A stretch of 64,000 bases of DNA from an uncultured archaeon. Lineage in GTDB: Archaea; Iainarchaeota; Iainarchaeia; Iainarchaeales; JAAZKV01. The DNA is taken from assembly GCA_964549775.1 (NCBI GenBank), contig CAZJVN010000001.1:21028-85027 (forward strand), read 5' to 3'. Below, piece by piece: positions 1 through 7,030 of the stretch (positions within the stretch are counted from its first letter, which is position 1; the number at the start of each line of letters is the position of its first letter). The notes beneath the pieces are model-generated. The model did no database searches and had not been told where the DNA came from. It saw only the letters and a program-made list of their open reading frames with translations. Made by a program: the position numbers and the translations under genes.

Positions 1-493
1 TACTAAGTCTGAACTGTGTTATCATTGGATGATGCTTAATGATACTACTGCTGTTACTGAAACAAGGTATAATAATTATTTGATTGTGTATAAATTGATT
101 GATGGCGCTTGGGTTAAACAATCAAATTATCCTTGGAGTATTATTTATCCAACCTCAACAAATGCTTTTTTTAAAAATATTCATTTTGTTTCATCTCAAC
201 CAGGTTCTGCTTTTAATGGATATAATCATATGATGCTTGATGATGAAGGAGTATTAAGAGAAACCAATTTGAATTATGGTATGTTATTACTTAGTAATGG
301 AGTATATTTACCAGACCCTTACCCTGAAAAATTAATTACCTCAACAAACCATCAAATATTAAATACTGAAACTTTATTGGCTTACAAGATGGATAGTGCA
401 ACTCAAAACCCTGGAACAAAAATGCCTGAGGGCAGAGTAAAGTATGATGCTAGTGCTAGAACAAATGCAGTCATACAAATGGAATTAATTTGA
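1..493 (+). CDS. C-terminal fragment of a longer ORF entering from upstream of the window; hypothetical N/T/Y-rich protein, possibly surface-associated
   Basis: Frame of listed ORF 29..493 stays open back to nt 2 (..TKSELCYHW-MMLND..), so the true start is off-window. Composition resembles the big surface proteins at 7-16.5 kb. No recognisable catalytic motif. Confidence 0.35.
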   Translation, partial: TKSELCYHWMMLNDTTAVTETRYNNYLIVYKLIDGAWVKQSNYPWSIIYPTSTNAFFKNIHFVSSQPGSAFNGYNHMMLDDEGVLRETNLNYGMLLLSNGVYLPDPYPEKLITSTNHQILNTETLLAYKMDSATQNPGTKMPEGRVKYDASARTNAVIQMELI

Positions 494-537
494 TTAATTA
501 TAAAAAAAATTAAATTATTTTTAGGAGTTGATGTAAA

Positions 538-684
538 ATGGCATTGTTTGGTCTTGGTACCCCTGAAATAATTTTGTTGCTTGTTGTTGCAGCAATTTTC
601 TTTTTTGGAGCACCAAAAGTAAAAGATTGGTTAAGTACTTTTAATAAAACAAAAAAAGAAGCTAAAAAAATGGTTAAAGAATGA
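538..684 (+). CDS. tatA: Sec-independent (twin-arginine) translocase subunit TatA/E, 48 aa
   Basis: Not in ORF track (<60 aa). ATG at 538. Product MALFGLGTPEIILLLVVAAIFFFGAPKVKDW.. has the TatA pattern (F-G-x-G-x-x-E + TM + FG-x-x-K amphipathic). Stop overlaps the next gene start (ATGA at 681-684). Confidence 0.6.
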   Translation: MALFGLGTPEIILLLVVAAIFFFGAPKVKDWLSTFNKTKKEAKKMVKE

Positions 685-1331
685 ATCTATTAAAATTTCT
701 TGGTGGGCTTTTTTTTACTTGCCTAATTATTGGAGGGTTACTTTCCCAAATCACGCTTGCAATTTTTGTTTCTTTTTTACCAAAAGAAGTTATTTTTGTT
801 GCATTAAATCCTTATGATGGTTTTTTGATTTTGATTTGGTGCGGACTTGCAATAACTTTACTTTTGTTTATGTTTTTTGCAGGATTTAGTTTATCAGTAT
901 ATTACAAAGATGCATTGTATGAGAAAGAAAAAAAATTTATTTTAAAAAATGTTATCCCTTCAGGGGTACTTTTTGTAATAGGTTTAGTTTTTGGTTTCTT
1001 TTTATACACCCAAATAATGTTGCCTTTTTTTGTGGAAACAAATTTACTAATAGGATTAACTAATTATTGGAATTTGTATTCAGTTATTTCTTCAGGAATT
1101 GGCTTAAGTATTGCACTAGGATTATCTTTCCAAATGCCTTTAGTAATTAGAGGATTAATTAAATTCAAATTTGTAGAAGCAAAGTTCTTTAGAGAAAAAA
1201 GACTAATCGTAATCTTTTTGCTTTTACTAATTTCAGGAATTATTACTCCCACTCCTGATGTTTTATCCCAACTAATTGTTGCAATCCCACTGTATTTATT
1301 ATTTGAACTAAGTTTAATTGGGTTAAAGTAA
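681..1331 (+). CDS. tatC: Twin-arginine translocase TatC (compact, 216 aa, about 6 TM)
   Basis: Polytopic membrane protein. C-terminal region IITPTPDVLSQLIVAIPLYLLFELS matches the conserved TatC signature (..TPPDV.SQ...A.P.Y.LFE..). Translationally coupled to tatA. Confidence 0.8.
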   Translation: MNLLKFLGGLFFTCLIIGGLLSQITLAIFVSFLPKEVIFVALNPYDGFLILIWCGLAITLLLFMFFAGFSLSVYYKDALYEKEKKFILKNVIPSGVLFVIGLVFGFFLYTQIMLPFFVETNLLIGLTNYWNLYSVISSGIGLSIALGLSFQMPLVIRGLIKFKFVEAKFFREKRLIVIFLLLLISGIITPTPDVLSQLIVAIPLYLLFELSLIGLK

Positions 1332-1417
1332 TTAAATCAAAAAATTATCCAAATAACTAAAAAGCACAATTTTTATAGTAGTTGATTCTAAATAATGTAC
1401 CTTTGGGGGTTTTTGAA

Positions 1418-1531
1418 ATGTTTGGATTAGGAGTTCAAGAAATAGTAGTTATTTTAATTGTGCTTGCAATTATTTTGTTTTTAGGAAGAAATAAAATTAA
1501 AAAATTCTTAGGAATAGGAAAAAAGAAATAA
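1418..1531 (+). CDS. Second TatA-like small protein, 37 aa
   Basis: ATG 1418, TAA 1529-1531. MFGLGVQEIVVILIVLAIILFLGRNKIKKF: F-G-x-G-x-x-E then TM then FLG-x-x-K, a TatA paralog pattern. Not in ORF track. Confidence 0.45.
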   Translation: MFGLGVQEIVVILIVLAIILFLGRNKIKKFLGIGKKK

Positions 1532-1589
1532 TTTTATTTTAAAAAAAATGTAACTAAAAGAATTAATTGAAATAATTATTCTTTTAATT

Positions 1590-1670
1590 TCATATTGCTT
1601 CTACAGTCCGACCCTGTTCGAACGGCCCAGAATATGCTAACATCCTGGCTTAGCAGCAGGATTAGAAAAT
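1590..1670. ncRNA. GC-rich island in convergent intergenic region; candidate small structured RNA (identity unresolved)
   Basis: About 65 nt at roughly 55% GC (gcttctacagtccgaccctgttcgaacggcccagaatatgctaacatcctggcttagcagcagg) in an otherwise very AT-rich spacer between tatA2 and NAC. Contains the palindrome GTTCGAAC (T-loop-like). A clean tRNA cloverleaf could not be built by eye. Confidence 0.2.
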
Positions 1671-1685
1671 TATTTTAAAAAAAGT

Positions 1686-2030
1686 TTATTCTTTTAGTTT
1701 CATTATTGCTTCTGCAATGTCACCATTAGTTTCTTCTAGTGCTTTTTTTGCTTCTTCGTAAGTTTTTCCACTAGTTTCTGCAACCATTTTAATATCATTT
1801 TCAGGAATACTATCCTCTTCAACCCCTTCACCGATTAGAGTGTAAGTTTTTTTTCCTTGCATTACCATTGCTTGGATTTGTGGTTGAGTGAATATTAGTT
1901 TTTTTCCATTTTCAAGTTCAAATATTACTTTTTCTGTTTTTATTTCTTCAACTTTTATCCCCATTTGTCTCATCATTTGAGCCATTTGTTTTGGGTTTAC
2001 TCCACCAGGAAACATATTTTTCACCTTCAA
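1686..2030 (-). CDS. nac: Nascent polypeptide-associated complex protein (archaeal NAC alpha; NAC domain + C-terminal UBA)
   Basis: 114 aa. NAC-domain pattern ..NPKQMAQMMRQMGI..EKVIFE..GKKLIFTQPQI.. and C-terminal UBA-like EEAKKALEETNGDIAEAIMKL. Confidence 0.85.
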   Translation of the reverse strand: MKVKNMFPGGVNPKQMAQMMRQMGIKVEEIKTEKVIFELENGKKLIFTQPQIQAMVMQGKKTYTLIGEGVEEDSIPENDIKMVAETSGKTYEEAKKALEETNGDIAEAIMKLKE

Positions 2031-2125
2031 AATTCAATTAACAATAATTTTTTGTTTTTACTAATTATTTATAATTTGAAAAGTCTTTTAAAGTAAAAGT
2101 TTCATTCATTACTAGACAAGTATTA

Positions 2126-2776
2126 GTGTTTTTTATGAGCGATGTTATTTCTGATATTAGATCTTTTGAAAAAAAATTCAAAAAACTAAAAAAAGATTCT
2201 CCAAGGTTTGTTGCAGTGGAAAGATACCTTGCTATTGGTGGAGTAATTAAAGCCTACCCTTCTGAAAAAGAATGGCCAAAACTAGGTTACCCTAACAACA
2301 CTGTTCTTGAATCTAAACTAAAAGAGGTTAGAGAGAAGAAAAAAATGTTTAATGAAAAATTAGCGTCTTGGGAGAAAGCCCACAAGAGTGCTTCTAATTA
2401 CCACTTAACTAATCAAATGCTAAAACTAAAAGAACCTCTTTATTGGAAACACATGGCAAAAATGGCTTCCGATCCTGATTACAGAAAAGATGCCGAAGCA
2501 GTAAAATTACCTGCCCATTTAGTTTCAGACAAAAAGTGGCAACCAATGGTAAAAATGTTTGTTAATGATTTGGATTATCGAAAACAATTATCAGAAACTG
2601 TTAGAACAAGTATCGCTTACAAAAAAGATAGAAAAGTCGCAAAGTATGCTGATGAGTTAAAAGATTTTAGAATGCAAACTTCAGATAAACAAATAAAAGA
2701 CTTAGAAAAAAGAATCAAAGAACTTGATGAAACTGAAATGGCTCTAAAAGAACTACAAGCTTGGTCAAAAGAATAA
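2126..2776 (+). CDS. Hypothetical charged / coiled-coil protein (216 aa)
   Basis: Long ORF, K/E-rich with heptad-like C-terminus (KQIKDLEKRIKELDETEMALKEL). No recognisable domain. Confidence 0.45.
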   Translation: MFFMSDVISDIRSFEKKFKKLKKDSPRFVAVERYLAIGGVIKAYPSEKEWPKLGYPNNTVLESKLKEVREKKKMFNEKLASWEKAHKSASNYHLTNQMLKLKEPLYWKHMAKMASDPDYRKDAEAVKLPAHLVSDKKWQPMVKMFVNDLDYRKQLSETVRTSIAYKKDRKVAKYADELKDFRMQTSDKQIKDLEKRIKELDETEMALKELQAWSKE

Positions 2777-2894
2777 TAAAAAAATCTTTTTTTCATATAA
2801 TCTTTTTCAATAAAAAATAATTTTTTTGACCACCGGCACGCTACTCTCGGCGCGTTTATAAATAAAAAAATCTGCATAATAATTAGAACCAAAA

Positions 2895-2926
2895 AGAGTC
2901 CGACAATAATTTGTTTTTCGGACTCT
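2895..2926. terminator. Perfect 9-bp stem hairpin (AGAGTCCGA / TCGGACTCT) with T-rich 14-nt loop; candidate terminator or regulatory stem-loop
   Basis: Inverted repeat read directly: 2895-2903 pairs with 2918-2926. Lies downstream of ORF 2126..2776 and upstream of two SD-preceded small ORFs. Confidence 0.3.
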
Positions 2927-2953
2927 ATTAGTTGGTTCAAAGGAGGAATTAGT

Positions 2954-3031
2954 ATGGTTGAATCAAGATTGTGTAGATTTATTGAAGCTGAAGGAAGGTT
3001 AACCCCAAATTTTTTTTATATTAAATTATAA
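2954..3031 (+). CDS. Micro-ORF (25 aa, MVESRLCRFIEAEGRLTPNFFYIKL) with a perfect Shine-Dalgarno site
   Basis: aGGAGGaattagtATG. The same GGAGGAATT-N3-ATG arrangement recurs at 3160-3175 in front of the next gene. Not in ORF track. May be a leader peptide or small protein. Confidence 0.2.
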   Translation: MVESRLCRFIEAEGRLTPNFFYIKL

Positions 3032-3172
3032 AAAAGATTTTTGAAAAGATTATAAAAAAATTATTTTTATTGTTTTGTTGGTTGGAGAGGAAGATAATAA
3101 TCACCCCACAGTTTTGTTTTCTTCTCCACTAACTCCCAATAATTAAAGTTTAATTGATATGGAGGAATTGTT

Positions 3173-3391
3173 ATGAAACCAGTTAAGAGTATAAAAGTAG
3201 GATCAGTTGAGGTTGCGGTTTGGGAGAACTCTTCAAAAGAAGGAAACAAGTTCTTTACAACAACTTTGAATAGAAATTATAAAGATAAAGAGGAATGGAA
3301 AAAAACCGATTCTTTAAGAGTGGATGATTTGCCTAAAGCAATTTTGGCTCTTGAAGAGGCTTATCGTTTTTCAGCAATAAAAGAAAGTTAA
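3173..3391 (+). CDS. Small hypothetical protein (72 aa), possibly a PC4/YdbC-like (DUF2128-like) ssDNA-binding fold
   Basis: GGAGGaattgttATG RBS. Sequence ..VEVAVWENSSKEGNKFFTTTLNRNYKDKEEWKKTDSLRVDDLPKAILALEEA has the beta-sheet + C-terminal helix layout recalled from YdbC/PC4-like proteins. Assignment is from memory only. Confidence 0.45.
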   Translation: MKPVKSIKVGSVEVAVWENSSKEGNKFFTTTLNRNYKDKEEWKKTDSLRVDDLPKAILALEEAYRFSAIKES

Positions 3392-3470
3392 TTATCCAAT
3401 TAATTTATTTTAAACCAACCAAAAACTCAAAAAACAAAGAGTTTTATATTACCACAATTAAGATTATTGT

Positions 3471-3755
3471 ATGCCAAATAAATTTCCTTCAAAAATTACT
3501 CAAAGAATTGCAGTTGCAAATGATAGAAGAGCTCAATTAATTAATGCTGGACAAAAATTAAGAATGAAATTACAAAAAGGTCCTTCTGTTTATTTTTTAG
3601 ATAAAAATGGAAGTGTTCATTTTGTTAAAAAGAGTGCTGGAGCAAAAGCAGTTAGTAAACTTGGTTGGAAGGAAATTGATTATTTAGAAGATTATAGAAT
3701 AAAACTTTTAGGAAGTCAAAACAGAAAAAAACTTTCTAATTTAACAAAAAAATAA
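3471..3755 (+). CDS. Hypothetical basic protein (94 aa)
   Basis: ORF with lysine-rich C-terminus. No motif recognised. Confidence 0.4.
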   Translation: MPNKFPSKITQRIAVANDRRAQLINAGQKLRMKLQKGPSVYFLDKNGSVHFVKKSAGAKAVSKLGWKEIDYLEDYRIKLLGSQNRKKLSNLTKK

Positions 3756-3844
3756 TTTTCTTTAATCCCTAATAAAACAATTCAAGGATTTATTTGCACC
3801 ACTAAATTAATAAGCATAAAATCAATATTTTTCTTGGTGTTTAA

Positions 3845-4678
3845 ATGGAAACTAAAAAAAATAAAACAGCTATTGTTTACATGGTTGCTGGACTTTCTTC
3901 AAGGTTTGGTGGAAAGATAAAACAATTTGCAAAAGTTGGGAAAAATAGTGAAACCCTAATTGAACTTTCAATGCAGCAAGCAATAAATGCTGGATTTAAT
4001 AAAATAATTTTTATTGTAGGAGATAAAACAGAAAAACCATTTGTGGAAAAATTTGGCAACAATTATTTTAACACCCCAATTTATTATGCAAAACAAATTT
4101 TTGATGAAAAAGTTCGAGAAAGGCCTTGGGGAACTCTTGATGCATTAATCTCTGCAAAAAAACTAATTAATTGTCCTTTTGCTATTTGTAATGGAGATGA
4201 TTTGTACGGAGAAAACGCGCTTAGAACAGTGTGTGATTTTTTAATAAAAAATGAAAACAAAAAAGTAGCTTTAACTATTGGTTATAAATTAAAAAACGCA
4301 ATTCCAAAAAAAGGATCCACAAATAGAGGAATTTACAAATTAGATAAAAATAATTTTGTAAAAGATATTAATGAAATAATTGGAATTGAATTTGATAAAT
4401 TAAAACAATTAAATTTAAACGAAAACGATTTGTGCAGCATGAATCTTTTTGGTTTGAATGAAAATATATTTTCTTTACTTGAAGAAAAATTAATTCTTTT
4501 CAAAAATAATCACAAAAATGAAAAAAGAATTGAATGCTATTTGCCTGTTGAATTAAGTAATTTAATTAAAGAAAAAAAAATTCTAATGAAATTAGCTCCA
4601 ACAAACGATGTTTGGTTAGGAGTAACTAACCCTGAAGATGAAGAAACAATCAAAAAGATTATAAAAGAAAATAAATAA
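3845..4678 (+). CDS. Sugar-phosphate nucleotidyltransferase family protein
   Basis: N-terminal glycine-rich loop MVAGLSSRFGG (equivalent of the GGxGxRL loop) and a GTLDA motif (cf. GTA[HD]A) typical of NDP-sugar pyrophosphorylases. Confidence 0.65.
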   Translation: METKKNKTAIVYMVAGLSSRFGGKIKQFAKVGKNSETLIELSMQQAINAGFNKIIFIVGDKTEKPFVEKFGNNYFNTPIYYAKQIFDEKVRERPWGTLDALISAKKLINCPFAICNGDDLYGENALRTVCDFLIKNENKKVALTIGYKLKNAIPKKGSTNRGIYKLDKNNFVKDINEIIGIEFDKLKQLNLNENDLCSMNLFGLNENIFSLLEEKLILFKNNHKNEKRIECYLPVELSNLIKEKKILMKLAPTNDVWLGVTNPEDEETIKKIIKENK

Positions 4679-4735
4679 CTTTACTTGGCAAGCTACTCCA
4701 GATTCCTTTTTAATCTTCATTAATCAATTTTTTAT

Positions 4736-6850
4736 ATGACTCAAGAAATAAGCGCATTAGTCCTTAAATCAAATAATTTTGAAAAATTTAATCCAATGCA
4801 AGAAAAGTGTTTGAATAAGTTAAATAAAAGTCTTGTTGTTTCAGCACCAACTGCGAGCGGAAAAACTATTGTTGCAGAACTTTTTGTTCTTCAAAGTGTT
4901 TTGATTGAAAAAAAGAAAGTAATTTACACTTGTCCTTTGCGTGCGCTTGCAAGTGAACATTATAAGGATTTTAAAAGAAAATATCCTCAAATTAAATTTT
5001 CTCTTTCTACTGGTGATCTTGATTCTAGTAGTTCTTATTTAAAAAAATTTGATGTAATAATGACTACTTATGAAAAACTTGCAAGTTTACTAAGGCATAA
5101 ATCAGAGTGGTTAAGTGAAGTTGGTTGTATTATTATTGATGAACTTCACGAACTTGATTCTTCGCGTGGACCAGTTCTTGAAATTGCTTTAACTCAATTA
5201 AGAAACAAAAACCCTTCACTAAAAATATTGGGTTTAAGTGCAACTATTCCTAATGCAAAAGAGTTGAGTGAATGGTTAAGTGCAGATTTAGTTGAAAGCG
5301 ATTTTCGTCCAACAAAATTAAAAGAAGGAGTATTTTTTGAAAACGAAATTACTTACCAAAATTTAGAAGTAGAAAATTTTAAAGATGTTGAAGATTTAAT
5401 TAATAATTTAATTAAAGAAAATAAACAAGCGCTTGTTTTTTTAAATTCAAGAAAACGTGCTGAAGGTTTTGCAAAAAAAATAAACAAAATTGTGGCCAAC
5501 AGTTTGAGCGAAAGAGAAATCCAAAAATTAAAAGAAGTTTCAAAAAGAGCATTAAATGTTTTAGAGTCCCCTACTGAACAATGTTCCTCTCTTTCAGAGT
5601 GTATAATGCAAGGGAGTGCCTTTCATCATGCAGGATTATTAAACGAGCAAAGAGAACTTGTTGAAGATAATTTTCGACTTGGACAAATTAAAGTTTTGTG
5701 TTCCACAACAACTCTCTCTGCAGGAATTAATTTGCCAGCAGATTTAGTAATTATTCCAAGTGTTTATCGTTTTGAAAAATTTTCAATGGAATTAATTCCA
5801 GTGAGGGAATATAAACAATGTGCAGGTAGAAGTGGTAGACCAAAATTTTCTAGCGAGGGAAAGAGTGTTATTTTAGCTAGTTCAGAACAACAAAAAGAAC
5901 TCTTAATTGAAAAATACATTAATGGGAGTATTGAAAAAATTGAATCTAAACTTTCAAATATCCCAATTTTACGTACCCACATTTTGGCACTAATCGCAAC
6001 TAATGAAATTTATGATATTAAAAGTATTGAATCCTTTTTTGAAAAAACGCTTTACGCAAAACAGTTTGGGGATTTTTCAGAGTTACTTGAAAAAATAGTT
6101 GAGATCATTTCAGATTTAGAAAAATTTGGTTTTGTTGAAAACAAAAATAACTTTTTTGTTTGTACCCCCTTAGGTAAAAGAGTGAGTGATTTATTTTTAG
6201 ATCCTGAAAGTGCATTTGATTTAATTACTGCATTAAGAAGCAAAAAAACTTTTACAAATATTTCTTACTTATATGCTTGGGTTAATTGTTTTGAATTTTT
6301 TCCACTTTTAAGTGTTCCAAAAAATATTAAACCAATTATTTATGAAGAATTTAGTGAAAGAATGGTGGAACTTCCTTTTAGTGAAGAAAAACTAATTTTA
6401 GAAGAAAATTCGGTTAACAAATATTTTTCTGCATTAATGCTTGAATATTGGATCAAAGAAAAAAAAGAGCAAGAATTATTCAAAGAGTATAATTTAGCTC
6501 CAGGAGTGCTTTTTGGAAAAACTAGAATTATTGAATGGTTATCTTATAGTACAATTGAATTATCAAAAGTTTTAGGTATTGAAAAACACATAATTGTAAG
6601 TAATAAATTGAGTAAGCGAATAAAGTATGGAGTTAAAGAAGAATTATTACAATTAGTTGAATTAAAAGGAGTGGGACGGGTACGTGCGAGGAAATTATTT
6701 AATGCAGGAATAAAAAAACCCACTGAAATCAGAAATAATTTAGCTAAAGTAGAGTCATTGTTAGGAAAAACCGTTTCAGATTCTTTAATTAAACAATTAA
6801 CTTTAAAAAAATCAATTAAAGCTGAATCAACTTTTCAAAAAAGCTTATAA
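4736..6850 (+). CDS. hel308: Ski2-like DNA helicase Hel308/Hjm
   Basis: 704 aa. Walker A APTASGKT, DEAH-type IIDELH, SAT motif, QCAGRSGR motif VI. C-terminal winged-helix and HhH region typical of archaeal Hel308. Confidence 0.85.
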   Translation: MTQEISALVLKSNNFEKFNPMQEKCLNKLNKSLVVSAPTASGKTIVAELFVLQSVLIEKKKVIYTCPLRALASEHYKDFKRKYPQIKFSLSTGDLDSSSSYLKKFDVIMTTYEKLASLLRHKSEWLSEVGCIIIDELHELDSSRGPVLEIALTQLRNKNPSLKILGLSATIPNAKELSEWLSADLVESDFRPTKLKEGVFFENEITYQNLEVENFKDVEDLINNLIKENKQALVFLNSRKRAEGFAKKINKIVANSLSEREIQKLKEVSKRALNVLESPTEQCSSLSECIMQGSAFHHAGLLNEQRELVEDNFRLGQIKVLCSTTTLSAGINLPADLVIIPSVYRFEKFSMELIPVREYKQCAGRSGRPKFSSEGKSVILASSEQQKELLIEKYINGSIEKIESKLSNIPILRTHILALIATNEIYDIKSIESFFEKTLYAKQFGDFSELLEKIVEIISDLEKFGFVENKNNFFVCTPLGKRVSDLFLDPESAFDLITALRSKKTFTNISYLYAWVNCFEFFPLLSVPKNIKPIIYEEFSERMVELPFSEEKLILEENSVNKYFSALMLEYWIKEKKEQELFKEYNLAPGVLFGKTRIIEWLSYSTIELSKVLGIEKHIIVSNKLSKRIKYGVKEELLQLVELKGVGRVRARKLFNAGIKKPTEIRNNLAKVESLLGKTVSDSLIKQLTLKKSIKAESTFQKSL

Positions 6851-6978
6851 ATGACTTAAAACCTATATTTTACGACAATATTTGGATTTTTGGGTAAAAA
6901 AATAAGGTTTTTTGTAATGGGGCAAGAAATTTTTAACAAAAAAATTTTCAAAAAAGCTTATAAATAACTTAAAACCTT
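6832..6978. repeat. Two copies of a 34-bp direct repeat (ttttcaaaaaagcttataaatgacttaaaaccta, 32/34 identical) at 6832-6865 and 6945-6978
   Basis: Read directly. Copy 1 contains the last codons and stop of hel308. Copy 2 lies about 50 bp upstream of the giant gene start. Both carry a TATA-like ttataaat. Confidence 0.6.
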
Positions 6979-6984
6979 AGTTTG

Positions 6985-7030
6985 AAAGAATATAAATAGT
7001 TTTTAGACTTTGTTTTGGTTGGGTTTTTAG
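6985..7030 (+). promoter_or_regulatory. Candidate BRE/TATA promoter (gaaagaaTATAAATAg) for the giant surface-protein operon
   Basis: TATA-like octamer 6991-6998 about 33 bp upstream of ATG 7031, preceded by a purine-rich stretch. Spacing is compatible with a short-leader archaeal transcript. Confidence 0.25.

Noticed and set aside
1064-1252. 62-aa ORF antisense inside tatC
   Set aside because: Fully embedded on the opposite strand of a well-supported membrane-protein gene. No motif. Typical AT-rich antisense artefact.
1590-1670. Possibility that the GC-rich island is a canonical tRNA
   Set aside because: Attempted cloverleaf on both strands: T-loop-like GTTCGAAC is present but the flanking 5-bp T-stem and 7-bp acceptor stem do not pair. 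Kept only as a generic ncRNA candidate.
6832-6978. Possibility of a CRISPR array or other periodic repeat array anywhere in the window
   Set aside because: Only this two-copy 34-bp direct repeat was found. No regularly spaced repeat-spacer structure and no cas genes.
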